From NCBI RefSeq assembly GCF_036321535.1, contig NC_087436.1, positions 7,316,001 to 7,380,000 of the forward strand: 64,000 nucleotides of DNA. The letters run 5' to 3'. The translations under genes and the position numbers were made by a program. Positions 12,801 through 25,090 of this stretch are shown here, in pieces (positions within the stretch are counted from its first letter, which is position 1; every line of letters starts with the position of its first letter). The notes below the pieces were generated by a model. The model ran no database searches. It was not told the origin of the DNA and worked only from the letters and a program-made list of their open reading frames with translations. Source of the stretch: Camelus dromedarius (lineage: Eukaryota).

Positions 12801-14356
12801 AAATCTTGTAGTCCCTCTCATCTTAATTCTTCTCAAACAAACTTAAATGATAGTGACCTTTTTGTTTGAAGTTGTTTTGCTTATCTCTAAGGCTGGCTAT
12901 TATTATCAATTAATCATTACTTTTTAATGACTGGAATTCTCTTCAGTTGGCTATTATAGAATAGATGGCATAGAGGAGGAATCAGACTTAGCCTGGAGTA
13001 GCTGGAACTCTCCCTGGATCTCAGTGGAGATCTATAGGATAAAAAACTCTGTGTGTGTATGTGTCCTTGTCTGATTTTTACCTGACAAAGACTGGAACTA
13101 TAGGTTCCATCTACTCATGGTTTCTTTTCTGTCTCACTACCATAATTACAAACAATGTGTCTTCAGAATGTGTCTTTTTCTTCCCTGAAAGTTCATTTTC
13201 AAGCAAGGTAGCAGATGTAACTGGTTGCATTCTTTCTGTTATAGGTGTTTCAAACTAGGTTTCTTGGTTTTGAGCTTCTCTCTACCTGATATCTTCAGTG
13301 TTGAGTATCTTGTCCTCTGTTTTTTCTTTTTCCTTCCCATTGGTACAATTTGTATACCATTTAGTAGCCCATCTTCATTTATTTTGAAATGGATGTCAAG
13401 GGTATTCATTCATATCAATTAATACAGAATTTCCATTTTACTCTCTTGCTTTCCTTGCTTTTGATTTATTTCAGAAAGAATTCAGCTAAGTTTTTACACA
13501 CCCAATCTGAAATCTCAGCTTGATGTTTGAAGTCATTGAAATAGTTTATGCATTAGGTTTTATCTTTATCAATATCAAATTCTGGAGACCATTTGCATTG
13601 GAAAAAATTTAATATCTCATACATCATGGAAAAGTTGTAATAGTTCAAAATGCAATCAAGAGTTTAAAATAATTTTTTTCAATTGTATTATACAGATTTA
13701 TTATACAAAGCAAGAATGTTTAGTGGTATAATATATTTTCTGAAGTATGTAAATATGTCCTGACACATTTATTGAAGTGTGCATTAGAAGAAAATTTAAT
13801 ATAATTGGCTATCTCATTTTCCATTTTTGGCAGCATGATATTAACAGAAAGTATTTATTAAGGATGTATCACATGTCTCATAACGATGTATCACATGTCT
13901 TATAAAGTAAGTCAGCAACTGACTTTTTAGTGCTAAAAAAGAGAATTTTAACTGCCTGACACATATTGAGAATCCCAAAAGAGCTACTAGAGATTGTTTT
14001 TTAATATTTTGAAATGTTTTACCTGAAAATAACGATGAGTACGAATCATACAGTGGATGTGGGTTTTCAAACTTATTACTTACAAGGCTACTTATTTTAA
14101 GATGATACAATTGCAGAAAAGAGGGAAATTTGAGGTGAATTCTGCCTCATTAGGGTTCTCTTAGTCTTACTGTGACTTGGATTTAAAAATACTCTTCAGT
14201 CTCTTGGTCAACTCTTTAGGATTGGAATTGCTTCTGGAACAAAAGTCTCCCAGAAGGTAGAATCCCTTTCTCTAGATTTCCTTATTTATCTGTATCTTGG
14301 CTCAGTTAATCCTCACTCCCTTTTTAAGTTCTTTAATGCTTTTTTCCCCTCCATAT

Positions 14357-15152
14357 ATTTTTTAAGATTTTTATTGAGTTATAGTCATTTTACAATGTTG
14401 TGTCAAATTCCAGTGTAGAGCACAATTTTTCAATTATACGTGAACATACATATATTCATTGTCACATTTTTTTTTTGCTGTGCGCTACCATAAGATCTTG
14501 TATATATTTCCCTGTGCTATACAGTATAATCTTGTTTATCTATTCTACTACATTTTGAAATCCCAGTCTGTCCCTTCCCACCCCCTCCCCCTTGGCAACC
14601 ACAAGTTTGTATTCTATGTCTATGAGTCTGTTTCTGTTTTGTATTTATTTAGTATTTATTTATTTATTTATTTATTTATTTAGATTCCACACGAGTGATC
14701 TCATATGGTATTTTTCTTTCTCTTTCTGGCTTACTTCACTTAGAATGACATTCTCCAGGAGCATCCATGTTGCTGCAAATGGCGTTATGTTGTCGGTTTT
14801 TATGGCTGAATAGTGTTTCATTGTATAAATATACCACATCTGCTTTATCCAGTCATCTGTTGATGGACATTTAGGCTGTTTCCATGTCTTGGCTATTGTA
14901 AATAGTGCTGCTATGAACATTGGGGTGCAGGTGTCTTTTTGAAGTAGGGGTTCCTGGGTCATACAGTAAGTCTATTCCTAGTCTTTTGAGGAATCTCCAC
15001 ACTGTTTTCCACAGTGGCTGCACCAAACTGCATTCCCACCAGCAGTGTAGGAGGGTTCCCCTTTCTCCACAGCCTCTCCAGCATTTGTCATTTGTGGACT
15101 TTTGAATGATGGCCTTTCTGACTGGTGTGAGGTGATACCTCATTGTAGTTTT
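14357..15152 (-). mobile_element. Young 5'-truncated L1 (ORF2 C-terminus and 3'UTR)
   Basis: ORFs 14871..15143 ([18 protein letters not shown] zinc knuckle) and 14672..14962 ([23 protein letters not shown]). TSD CCCTCCATAT at 14347-14356 and 15153-15162. About 30 bp appear deleted near 14950 relative to other copies in the window. Confidence 0.95.
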
Positions 15153-15949
15153 CCCTCCATATTTTGTCCAGAATTTTACTTGTTTTTTTGTGAGGGTTGG
15201 GTGGTTAATTTGAATTAAACTTGCTTACAAATACTGGATATGATAGTCCTCCTGAAAGATTCCTGAACTAATCTTCTTTCTAGTTATTAATGATTTCTTC
15301 CAAAAGAAATCATTTACTTTAGAACAGTATAAAACAAAATCTCTAAATTTATAAATAGGTTTAGCATTAGGGACAATATTTAACTTTCATTTAAGAAATA
15401 TTTATCAAGTAATTATTATTAAAATGTTAGGTTCTGGGATTTTGCAGTAAATAAAACAAATCTCACCCCAGCTTTCATATATATATATATATATATATAT
15501 TTCATATATATTTTCATATATATTCTTTTGGCTTAGAATCTATTGTAATTCCACAATCTGTTATAAAATTTATCAGTCTTTGTCATGTCCAATGAAGATC
15601 CAGAATTTCTCATCAAGCTGCAGTATGTTTTTCTTTGGACTTAAAAATAGTATCTGAGACCCTAACCCCTTTTTGAGAATTAATTCATTTCATCACTGAA
15701 GAATGACACTGCTTAACGTGGTATGAAGTTCCCTGCCTCAAGTTTAAGATAGTGTAATAGTTAGATTCTTGCTTTTGATGATTTTAAGTTAAGGCTTTCC
15801 TTACTTTTGTGCAGCTACCAGGAAAGAGGTCTTTGCAGTTCTTATCTTGGGAACCTAAGGAAGATAAAGGGCAAGAAGCAGATATATTTAAAGAGACAGA
15901 ATAAAGAAATATTAGAAATAGAATGGGTATGCGGTCAGGCAAGTATTGG

Positions 15950-16125
15950 AATCCTTGCCCTGACACTTACTGAATGAGTTTCAACAAATTATTTAATCTC
16001 TTGAGCCTTAGTTTATTTGTCTATAAGTTAAGAATTATATTGCTACCTTAATGGGTTTTAAGAACACTTAACAATATAACGTACATGAATATCTTGCTCA
16101 TGGTGACTGTTATAAATGTAAGAAT
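15950..16125 (+). mobile_element. MIR SINE
   Basis: Degenerate MIR core AAATTATTTAATCTCTTGAGCCTTAGTTTATTTGTCTATAAG. Confidence 0.6.
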
Positions 16126-17499
16126 GGCCACCATCTCCTTCTCTCTTCCCTCTAGCCTCAAGGGGGTACCAAATCATCAGTTCCAAACCAAACATGGAGA
16201 AGAGTTATTTTTTTTTCTTCTTCTCATTCTAAAACCTCTTTTCTTGGCTTAATTTTAAGGTAACTGATGGAAGAGTTTGTTGTCCTCTCTGCCAAGGGAG
16301 AGCATTAAAATCGTCTAATTGTAAATTAAATGATAAATCTGTTTCACTCTGGGATATGAAACTTGTGGATAGGAGGTCAAGTTTCTCTTGCTAGGGGAAG
16401 AATAGTAATAGCACCTGCCTGTTTAACTTGAAATGATATGTTTCCTGTGATATTTCATCTGATAATACAAGACCATGGGTAGGAGTCAGGCAAATGATGC
16501 AGCCTAGGAAAACTCTGTTTGCTGGTAACAGTTCAAGGTTGAGTAACTTTATACTCATATAGCAAAAGCTAGTTCATCACATTTCAACTACACAAATAAG
16601 TAGTCTTCACGTTCAAGATGAATTTGATGCAACAGGTGATTTTACATTCGAATATATAATACAGATGGAACAGAGATTGGTACGATACCATATTTTGCTT
16701 TGGAAAAACTGAATTTGAACAAGCTGGTCTCAGTTTGATTCTTGATTGTCATGCTGGTTTATCTAATTTCAAGAGAAATTACTGACCCAAATTCATTGGC
16801 GGAAATTATTTTCCACACCATGAAATCTTTTCAAACTATTGTTCTAATGAACTCCAACATGGTAAATCTTTTTCAAAAGAACTGAACAGTGCACTGGAGA
16901 GCAAATGAGTAATTATTCTAGCCTTTATAAATGAAAATATATCTATTTAATGATGAATTTAACATTAAAAATAACTTGATCACCATAAATAACAGTCCAA
17001 TAAATGAGGACAACTTGGTTCTTATGAGAGCGGAATGATGGACTTTGAAAAACCATTAGATATTTTCGACAAGTGTCTCTAGTGAACATTGGCATGAAAT
17101 GCTTGTTGCCTTTTTCTGCCTTTGGTCTGATTCTGCTGATAACCCTTTCCGTTACTAAACATGACTCTGGAGTAGAATCTTGCTAGTGTATGCTCTCATT
17201 CTTAAAATAATAGCATTCCATATAAATTATGGGTTTTTAAATTGGATAGCTATGAATTTGAACTTAGGATCCATTATTTGCTAGCTATAATCTTAAATTT
17301 ACTTTTCACAGTTAACCACTGTTACTTCAGGTAATTTTATGTAGTATAGTAATATATTGAAATATTTTATATTGGTACAAATGTAAATATGAAAAACATT
17401 GACGTGAAAATGGTAATTCTATACATGTAGTTTTCACTCACTCTCCGAGTAGACTTTCTTTGTACCGCTAAGCATCTATTGGAGTTAACTGTGTGTGTG

Positions 17500-17637
17500 T
17501 TTTTTTAACTTCATTATATATTTCGGGGGAGTAATTAAGCTTACGATTTATTTAATTTTTAATGGAGGTACCGGGGATTGAACCTAGGACCTCACGCATG
17601 GTAGGCACACACTCTACCACTGAACCATGCCTTCCCC
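17500..17637 (-). mobile_element. Camelid-type tRNA-derived SINE
   Basis: tRNA-like head. TSD CTATACATGTAGTTTT at 17419-17434 and 17638-17653 also encloses extra sequence (see findings). Confidence 0.9.
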
Positions 17638-17834
17638 CTATACATGTAGTTTTTATATTATGCCTTATTTTATGCAAAAACACTTATAAACATGTATTCC
17701 ACTAAATGTTTTTATATAACATTATTTTTAAATGGCTGAATTATGTTTTTAACACTGTATGGTTGTATAATAGTTTACTTGGCTAATTCCCTGTTTTTGG
17801 GCATCTAGGTAATTTCTTTCTTTCTTTTTCTTCC

Positions 17835-18273
17835 TTAGCTTTATTGAGACATAACTGACATATAACACTTGTAAGTTTAAGGTGTACATGCATTGATTTG
17901 ATATGTGTGTATATTGCAAAACTGTTACCACGATAAGTTAATCCATCATCTCCATAGATCTACTTTTTTTTTGTTGTTGGTGTTGAAAACAAAATCTACT
18001 CGCTCAGTGATTTTCAAATATGCAAGATAGTAGTCACAGTCACCATGGTCTATATTACATCCCCAGAACTTAGTCATCCTATAATTGGAAGTTGTACCCT
18101 TTGACCCCCTTTACCTCTTTCCTACCCCCCCCCCCCGGCAACCGCAAATTTGTTCTCTGTTTGTGCGAGTTCAGTTTTTAGATTTCACCTAGAAGTGGGA
18201 TTATATGGTATTTCTCTTTCACTGTCTGACTCATTTCACTTAGCATAATGCCTTCAAGCTTCATCCCATGTTG
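17835..18273 (-). mobile_element. L1MA/MB-like 3' end, 5'-truncated
   Basis: TAGCTTTATTGAGACATAACTGACATATAACAC 3' terminus; MKLEGIMLSEMSQTVKEKYH in ORF 18178..18447(-). Confidence 0.85.
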
Positions 18274-19830
18274 GTGTTCATCCTGGTCATCACCCAGTGG
18301 TCTCACGAACAAAGTGATCATGGTGGCAAGGATGGAACTTATTTTTGAGCTCAACACTATAGACTTCCACTCACAAAGATCAACCTGGCTATGGCCACTG
18401 CTAAATGTCCAATCTACCAGCAGTGGAGACCAACCCTGAATCCCCAATATGGCACCATTCCATAGGGTGATCAGCCAGCTACTTTGTGGTAGACTGATTA
18501 CATTAGACCCTTCAACGGTGGAAGGGCCAGTGTTTTGTTCTTACTGGAATAGACACTCTGGATATAGATTTGCCTTCCCTAAACTCAATGTTTCTGCCAA
18601 ATTACCATCGGTGGTCTTACAGAATGTCCTATCCATCATTGCGGTATTCCACACAGTGTTGCTTCCAATCATGAAACTCACTTCACAGCAAATGAAATGC
18701 AGCAATGGGCCTTCTGTTCATGGAATCCACTGGTCTTGCCATGTTCCCCACCATCCTGAAGCAGCCAACCTGAGAGAATGCTGGAGTGGCCTTTTGAAGA
18801 CTCAGTTACAGTGCCAGCTGGGTGGCAATACCTTGTAGTTTTGGGTAAACCATTCCAGAAGGCAGTGTGTGTTCTGAATCAGAATCCAATATGTGGTGTT
18901 TGTTCTTTTGTACCTAAGATTCCTGGGGTCCAAGAATCAAGGAGTAGAAATTGGAGTGGTGCCACTCACTATTAACCTGAGTAAACCATTAGCAAAACGT
19001 TAGCTTTCTGTTCCCTCAACTTTATGCTCTACTGGATGCTGGCCTAGAGATCTTAGTTCCAGAGGGAGAAGTGCATGCACCAGGAGACACCACAATGATT
19101 CCACTGAACAAGAAGGTGAGACTGCTACCTGGCCACTCTGGGCTTGTGATTCCTCTGAACCAACAAGCAAAGAAGGGAGACGCTGTGTTGTCTGGGGAGA
19201 TTGCTCTTGACTATGGAGGGGAAATTGGATGACTACTCCACAGTGGAAATAAGGAAGAATACAGCAGATCCCTTAGGGCATTGCTTAGTATCACCACGCC
19301 CTGTGACTGAGGTCCAGAGAAAACTACAACCCAAACCAGGAAGCACTACTATTGGTCTCCACCCTTCAGGAATAAAGGTTTAGGTCAGCTCACCAGTTAT
19401 AGAACCATGACCACCTGAGACGTTTGCTAAAGGCCGAGGGAACATGGATTGAGTAATGGAAGAATGTAGTCCCACTACATGTGTTTTATATATTTTATAT
19501 ATATATATATGTACATATATCACACAAATGTATGTAGTATTTTTATTTTCTTTCCTCCCTTGTCATCTTATTGTGTAACATGAGATATATTGATATCATA
19601 CCATGGTGTTTAAATATTGTTAATTTTACATCATGGTATTTAAGTTCTGAGATATTGATGGGAAGATTAAATAATGCTTAAGAATTTTACTTTCTCTCCT
19701 GGGGAAGGGGTTAGTATGTTTTTAGTTGTATCATGTTAGATGGAATTATGACCTTGTTATTGTTTTTATTTGGAAATTAAGTATGGTTTAATGTTATGTA
19801 TATGGGTGTCAGGTTGACAGGGGGTGGACT
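18274..19830 (+). mobile_element. ERV-L (MLT2-int/HERV-L-like) internal remnant: frameshifted integrase and dUTPase, then polypurine tract
   Basis: HGIHWSCHVPHHPEAANLRECWSGLLKTQLQCQLGG (integrase core). ~19060-19230 translates as PGDTTMIPLNKKVRLLPGHSGLVIPLNQQAKKGDAVLSGEIALDYGGEIG (dUTPase motif-3-like). PPT ACAGGGGGTGGACT abuts the LTR. Confidence 0.92.
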
Positions 19831-20576
19831 TGTGATGGTTAATTTTGTGTGTCAACTTGACTGGGCCATGAGGAGCCTAGATATTTGGTTAAGCATTTCT
19901 GAGTGTGTTTTTGAGGGTGTCTCTGCATGAGATTAGTATTTGAATGTGTAGAGTGAGTAAAGCAGATGGACTTCTCCAAAATGGGTGGGCATCATTCAAT
20001 CAGTTGAGGGCTTAAGTTGAACAAAAAGGCTAGGGAAGAAAGAATTCATTTGATCTCTGTCTGACTGCTTGAGCTGGAATATAGGTCTTCTCCTGCCCTT
20101 GGACTAGGACTTATACAATCAGCTCTCCTTGTTCTTGGGTCTTTGGACTCAGACTAGAACTTACATCACTGGCTTTCCTAGTTTTGAGACCTTTGGTCTT
20201 GGACTGAAACTGCATTACTGGTTCTCTTGTTTCTCATGCCCTTGGTCTCCATCTGGAACTATACCCTTGGCTCTCTGGGGTTTCCACTTGGCTGACTATA
20301 CGTGGTGGAACTCCTCAGCCTTCAAATCATGTAAACCAACTTCTTATAAGAAATCTATTTTTTTATATATATATATATGCATAATTACATGTTATTAATA
20401 AATGTTTAATATTTATTATGACACAATGTATAATTATATACTAATCATACATAGTATGTTATTTGTATACTTAGTATACAATAATTAACATATAATAAAT
20501 CTTTCTGTATGTATATTAATTTGTTTTTCTCTATATCACATTAGTTCTGTTTCTCTGGAGAATGCTGACTAATGCG
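19831..20576 (+). mobile_element. MLT2-family 3' LTR of the ERV-L
   Basis: Starts TGTGATGGTTAATTTTGTGTGTCAACTTGACTGGGCC and ends TTAGTTCTGTTTCTCTGGAGAATGCTGACTAATGCG, with an internal TA-rich tract. Confidence 0.92.
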
Positions 20577-21296
20577 ATGTGTCCTTGTAGAAATCTTGGG
20601 TTACACTGGAGAGGTTTATCTCATATGACTCTTTGCATCTCCAGTCTTAGCTCAGTCCCTTCCAAAAAACGTGGGCTGAGGTTTGTTGACACTGACTCTG
20701 TCAGATTTTTTTAATTATTGGAAGGAGGCCATCCTGGAGTTCTTCTTTATGCTGTCTCTGTGTATTTGTTGACTATGTGATGTCAATAAACTTTGTAAGC
20801 TTCCTTAAGCGCATTAGAGTAAATACTTACATTCTAGACAACTGATATGCTGATGGGAAATCATATCTGTTCAATAAAGCCAGAAATTTCATTAGGCAAC
20901 CTTCTATTAGTTTAGTTCTAGTCACGTTACTCCTTGGAAGTCACGGAACAGGCATTTCTTTAGAAACAGTCTGCTACTATTAAATATTTTACTAATTCAG
21001 CATGCCTTCTCTTGGGCCACGTTAATGAGTTTTGTTGAAAAAGTAAAAAGTATATGGTACTCACAGAACTGCTGCTGTGTGGTATTAAACCTCTTTTTAT
21101 GCACATGAGGTCATCGCCATGCTTCAGGCATTTTACAGGTTGAATTCTTTGTTTCAAAAATTAAAAAATGAGGTGCACTGACATTCATAGCTATAATGAG
21201 TGAAATGAGGCAAATGAATTGTGACTTGTCTTACTGAGATGAAATATTTATGCCCTTTGAAATCTCAGTTGCTCCCCCACCCTCTTAGTGTTTCAG

Positions 21297-21400
21297 AAAA
21301 TGAAGAAAGGAAGGAAGAAAGAAAGAAAGGAAGGAAGAAAGAAAGAAAGGAAGGAAAAAAGAAAGAAAGAAAGGAAGAAAGAAAGAATGAAAGCAAGTAA
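21297..21400 (+). repeat. Polypurine (GAAA/GGAA)n tract with a 20-nt higher-order period
   Basis: AAGGAAGAAAGAAAGAAAGG repeated about 2.5 times within a longer purine tract. Confidence 0.9.
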
Positions 21401-22401
21401 GCAAGCCGAATAGAGTAATTGGAAGATTTCATAGTGTAGAACCAGAGCTAAAGCCACCTCAGGGGGCACTTGGATGTCAGATGACAGTACCTCCTGCCCC
21501 GAGGGGGTCCTGTTGCCTTTCCAGGCAGGGCTGTCCAGGGCAGGTTTCCTTCTCTTTGCAGAGGTCATCTGCAGTGAGGGAGAAAATTTAGAGGAGATGG
21601 TTTCCTAGTTACAGTGTGGCCAACAGAGAATTTATAGCAAAAGGATAGTGCTGTCATGCATGGTTTGGAATATGACAATGGTAATTGTTCTTATGATGAT
21701 TATAAAGTATTCTAGCTGGATCTGAATGGTCCAGCCGACCGGGGAAGTTTTCTCACACTTGGACTCCATCCACTTCCCTGCTGCGTGGGAAAGCAGTTGT
21801 TCGCTTTCTTGTTCTCCTTCTGTTCTGTCCCGGCAGCCTATCAGGTGGAAGCTATGAAGCCCCACAGTGGGGTTAATGCCTCCAGTTAAGCTCGGGGAAG
21901 AACGCAAGAAGCAGGAAGCTGACTTCTGAAGCAGATTTGGAGATCTGCCCTTAACAGATGGCAGCCCGACTTGTGGAAAAGTCAATTGCTTCCTTTCATT
22001 TCCAGGAGGTATTGAGAAGAGCCGGATGAGCAGTTCACAGAGCGCCCGGGATAAAATGTGACTGCGTGTAGAAAGAGGGAACAAGGACTTCTGAGCCACG
22101 TCAGATCAAAGGATGTTTGAGGGTGGTTGAGCATCGGAACACTTCAAGAGTGTGATGTGAGCCATTCTGTCCACCTCCAGCCTCAAATGCTTATCCAACC
22201 TTCTTGAATAAGCTTTCAGATGCAAAGCAAAAATGGGAACTAACTCTCCCATGAAATGCTTTGTTATTTCTTGTCTTTCACTAAGCTGGGACCTGAGAGC
22301 ATGGAGAGAGGAAAAAATATAATGATAAGTTAAGCTGATTTTTTGTGGAGCTGAAGCTCTTGTTAAAACTCAGACACATAAGCATGGTTTGCATAAAATG
22401 A

Positions 22402-22600
22402 TTTGCAGATACTAAACTCCTATATATAAAATAGATAAACAACAAGGTCCTACTGTATAGGACAAGAAATGAATAACCTATAATGGAAAGGAATCTGAAA
22501 AAGAATATATATGTATATATGTATAACTGAAACACGATGCTGTACACCAGAAACTAACACAACACTGTAAACTGAGTAGACTTCAGTAAAAAATAAAAAT
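22402..22600 (+). mobile_element. L1 3' terminal fragment
   Basis: GCAGATACTAAACT...AACAACAAGGTCCTACTGTATAG...ACCAGAAACTAACACAACACTGTAAAC plus A-rich tail. Confidence 0.88.
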
Positions 22601-24039
22601 AGAAATGGTAGCTTTGCTTCTCCCTACTGAACTCATTTGCTGATTCTCTGACTCTGGTTTGGAGTTTTCTGAATAAAGGAATGAATGATAAGGAGAGAGG
22701 AAATGCAGGAGTCCATGGATCAAGTGCCCTGCCCGGAAGCTTAATGCTATGAGCTTGCAGTGGCATGTGAAATGGGAAAAAGGGAAGAAGAAAGCCTTCT
22801 ATTCGGTGACCTTTTGAAGCTCACCAGTGTGCAATATGTTTTCATCACACTGAAAGCACCTGACAATAGAAACGTGATATGCCTTTTCTTTCTTTCTCTC
22901 TCTTTTTAAAAATTGAATGGCTGAGGTATATCATTCTACTGTGTCTTGACCTTGAATGGAAAACACTTGAAGTATTTTAAAGCCACAACAGATGGAAGGG
23001 CTTCAGCTGAACTGAATGAAACCGAGGAGGATTTTGGTCTCCTGACGAAACGTGTAAGAAGGGAAGAGACGACGATAAAGATAAACTAAAAAATGTATTT
23101 GTCTCAATAAAATACAGATGATTGAATAGAGCAGCAAATATAACGTTGTAGTCAAATGCCCTTTTAAAAATATTAATCGAGAATTAGACAACAACATAAC
23201 TGGTTGACTTACGTTCCAAGATTTATGTTTTGTTCTCAACTACTGACAAACTCATTCATAATTCATTTTCACTGAACAGCAGGTTGACTCAAAGTTTCTG
23301 GTGGGGTTCATCCATAGTTTTGATGATAAAAGTGTACAGGTGAAGCAAGTTCTTAGACCGCATACATCTTGTTCTTCTAGAGGCCCAAAGGTCAAATACG
23401 TGGTCCGTGGCATGAAGCACCCTGCTGAGACCTTCTGCTGTGATGTTTAGGGTTAGAAAATTTAAGGATTTGTGTGTGTGTGTGTAAGTAAGATACCAGA
23501 AATGTATCTCTTGAGGTCAACTTAGTTTTTAGAATCTTAGATAACTCCAGATTAAATTTCACACCTGGAAAAAGCCAAACACATGCACTTTTATTTAACC
23601 AAGAGCTTTTCCAGATCATGATAGGGACCTATATGCCATAACTCATCACTTACTTTCAATATTTTGTAAAAATATTTAAACACACAAGTCACTGAAGTAC
23701 TGTTTACGTTTTCAAAAGCCCAGTTCCCCTTATGCAGTTGCAAATCACTGATGATAAAAATGGTTTGAATTTAGTAATGTGGTGTGTATATTTCTTAAAC
23801 TAATGTGTTGATTCCTTGGTGCAAAACAGTTGGAACTTGAACACCAAAGAAAAGTGTCTACCGGCTTCAGGACTGAATAAAACTTCTAAAATATAACAAA
23901 TCTGACTTTGGCTTATGAAAGTTGATGTAGTTGACTTGTACACATTGACTCGTGTCCTTTTTAAGTGTCAAATGGAATGCTGACAACTCTTTCACAGGAA
24001 AAATGGCTAACGGCATTGCATTTCTTGGTCGATTATCAG

Positions 24040-24185
24040 ATTTACCTCTCTGTCTTCATTTGCTCATATATAAAGCAGGGATAGTGACAGTAAAACTCAA
24101 TGGAGTATCGTGAGAATTAAATAATCCATGTAAATGAAGCCCTTAGCCCAGTGCCTGAGAAATAGCACACGTTCCTGGTCATGGT
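24040..24185 (+). mobile_element. MIR SINE
   Basis: TTTACCTCTCTGTCTTCATTTGCTCATATATAAAGCAGGGATAG...CTTAGCCCAGTGCCTG. Confidence 0.6.
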
Positions 24186-24379
24186 TGTTTTGCTATCCTT
24201 GATGTATTTATTCTATTTCAGCTTTGACATCCTTGTGGTAACAAAAGCGATAGTTTTAAAATGCTGCTATTTCATTTTTATGCTGAAGAAAGCTGTATGT
24301 GCAGTGTTTCGCTCTTAGAGCATCCATTCATTTAAAGACACCATTACGTGTGGCTACGGGTCTAGAGGGTGTTGTGGGA

Positions 24380-25090
24380 AGCATGATGGAAGGTGTCTCT
24401 AAATAAGAATGAATAAGGAAGTCTCCATGGAGGAGGTGACGTTTCAGGGGAGTTCTGATAGACCAGTAGGAGCTGAAGGAAGTTAGATGAAAAGGTAGGA
24501 ACGATAGTTTGAGGTAGCTGGAACATGTGGACAGACAAGGACTAGAATTATGGAGTAGAGTTGGCAAGGAATTTCCAAGGGTGGAGAGGAGGGGGAAGTG
24601 AGTGGTGGAAAGTAGCATCATACATGTACTTACTGACTGAAGATCACAAAGAACTTCAAGGCAAGGGCAAGTCAGGGAGTGCTCTTGAAGGATTTTCAAG
24701 ATGTAACAAGACAGTGTGATGTTTGTCATTTAGAGTCGGGGCTAGATTGAGAATGGTGGGTAATCAGAATTGGGGAAATCTGGAAACAGTTACTGCAGGG
24801 ACATATGTAAGAAATGAGGAGACACCAGCTGAATACTATAGAGGTGGAAACAAAGAAAGGAATATATGGGAGAAGGAAGAAAGAAAGTGTACAGGGATCT
24901 GTGACTTCAATAGTGTGGAATCATGGGGAGAAGGGGGCTTCTGTGCTTGAAAGATACTAGTAGATCTGAGTTGACAAAAAGAGATGTGAAGCGAGTTGTG
25001 GTAGAAAGTGGTTTATTTTGGATATGCAGAATTTGAGGTGTTTAAAGGATATTCACAAAGGATTTCTATTAGCCATCCTCAGGGGCAAGA
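24380..25090 (-). mobile_element. L2 fragments
   Basis: GGAAGTCTCCATGGAGGAGGTGAC and TTTTGGATATGCAGAATTTGAGGTG L2-like motifs in a purine-rich tract. Confidence 0.6.

Noticed and set aside
18449..18838. Functional integrase CDS
   Set aside because: The ORF switches in and out of the integrase frame through frameshifts; it is a fossil.
21453..21471. CTCF site (ACCTCAGGGGGCAC)
   Set aside because: Mismatches at core 5' positions; too weak to call without a matrix score.
21632..22099. 155-aa minus-strand ORF
   Set aside because: Non-ATG start, no recognisable domain and no supporting exon structure.
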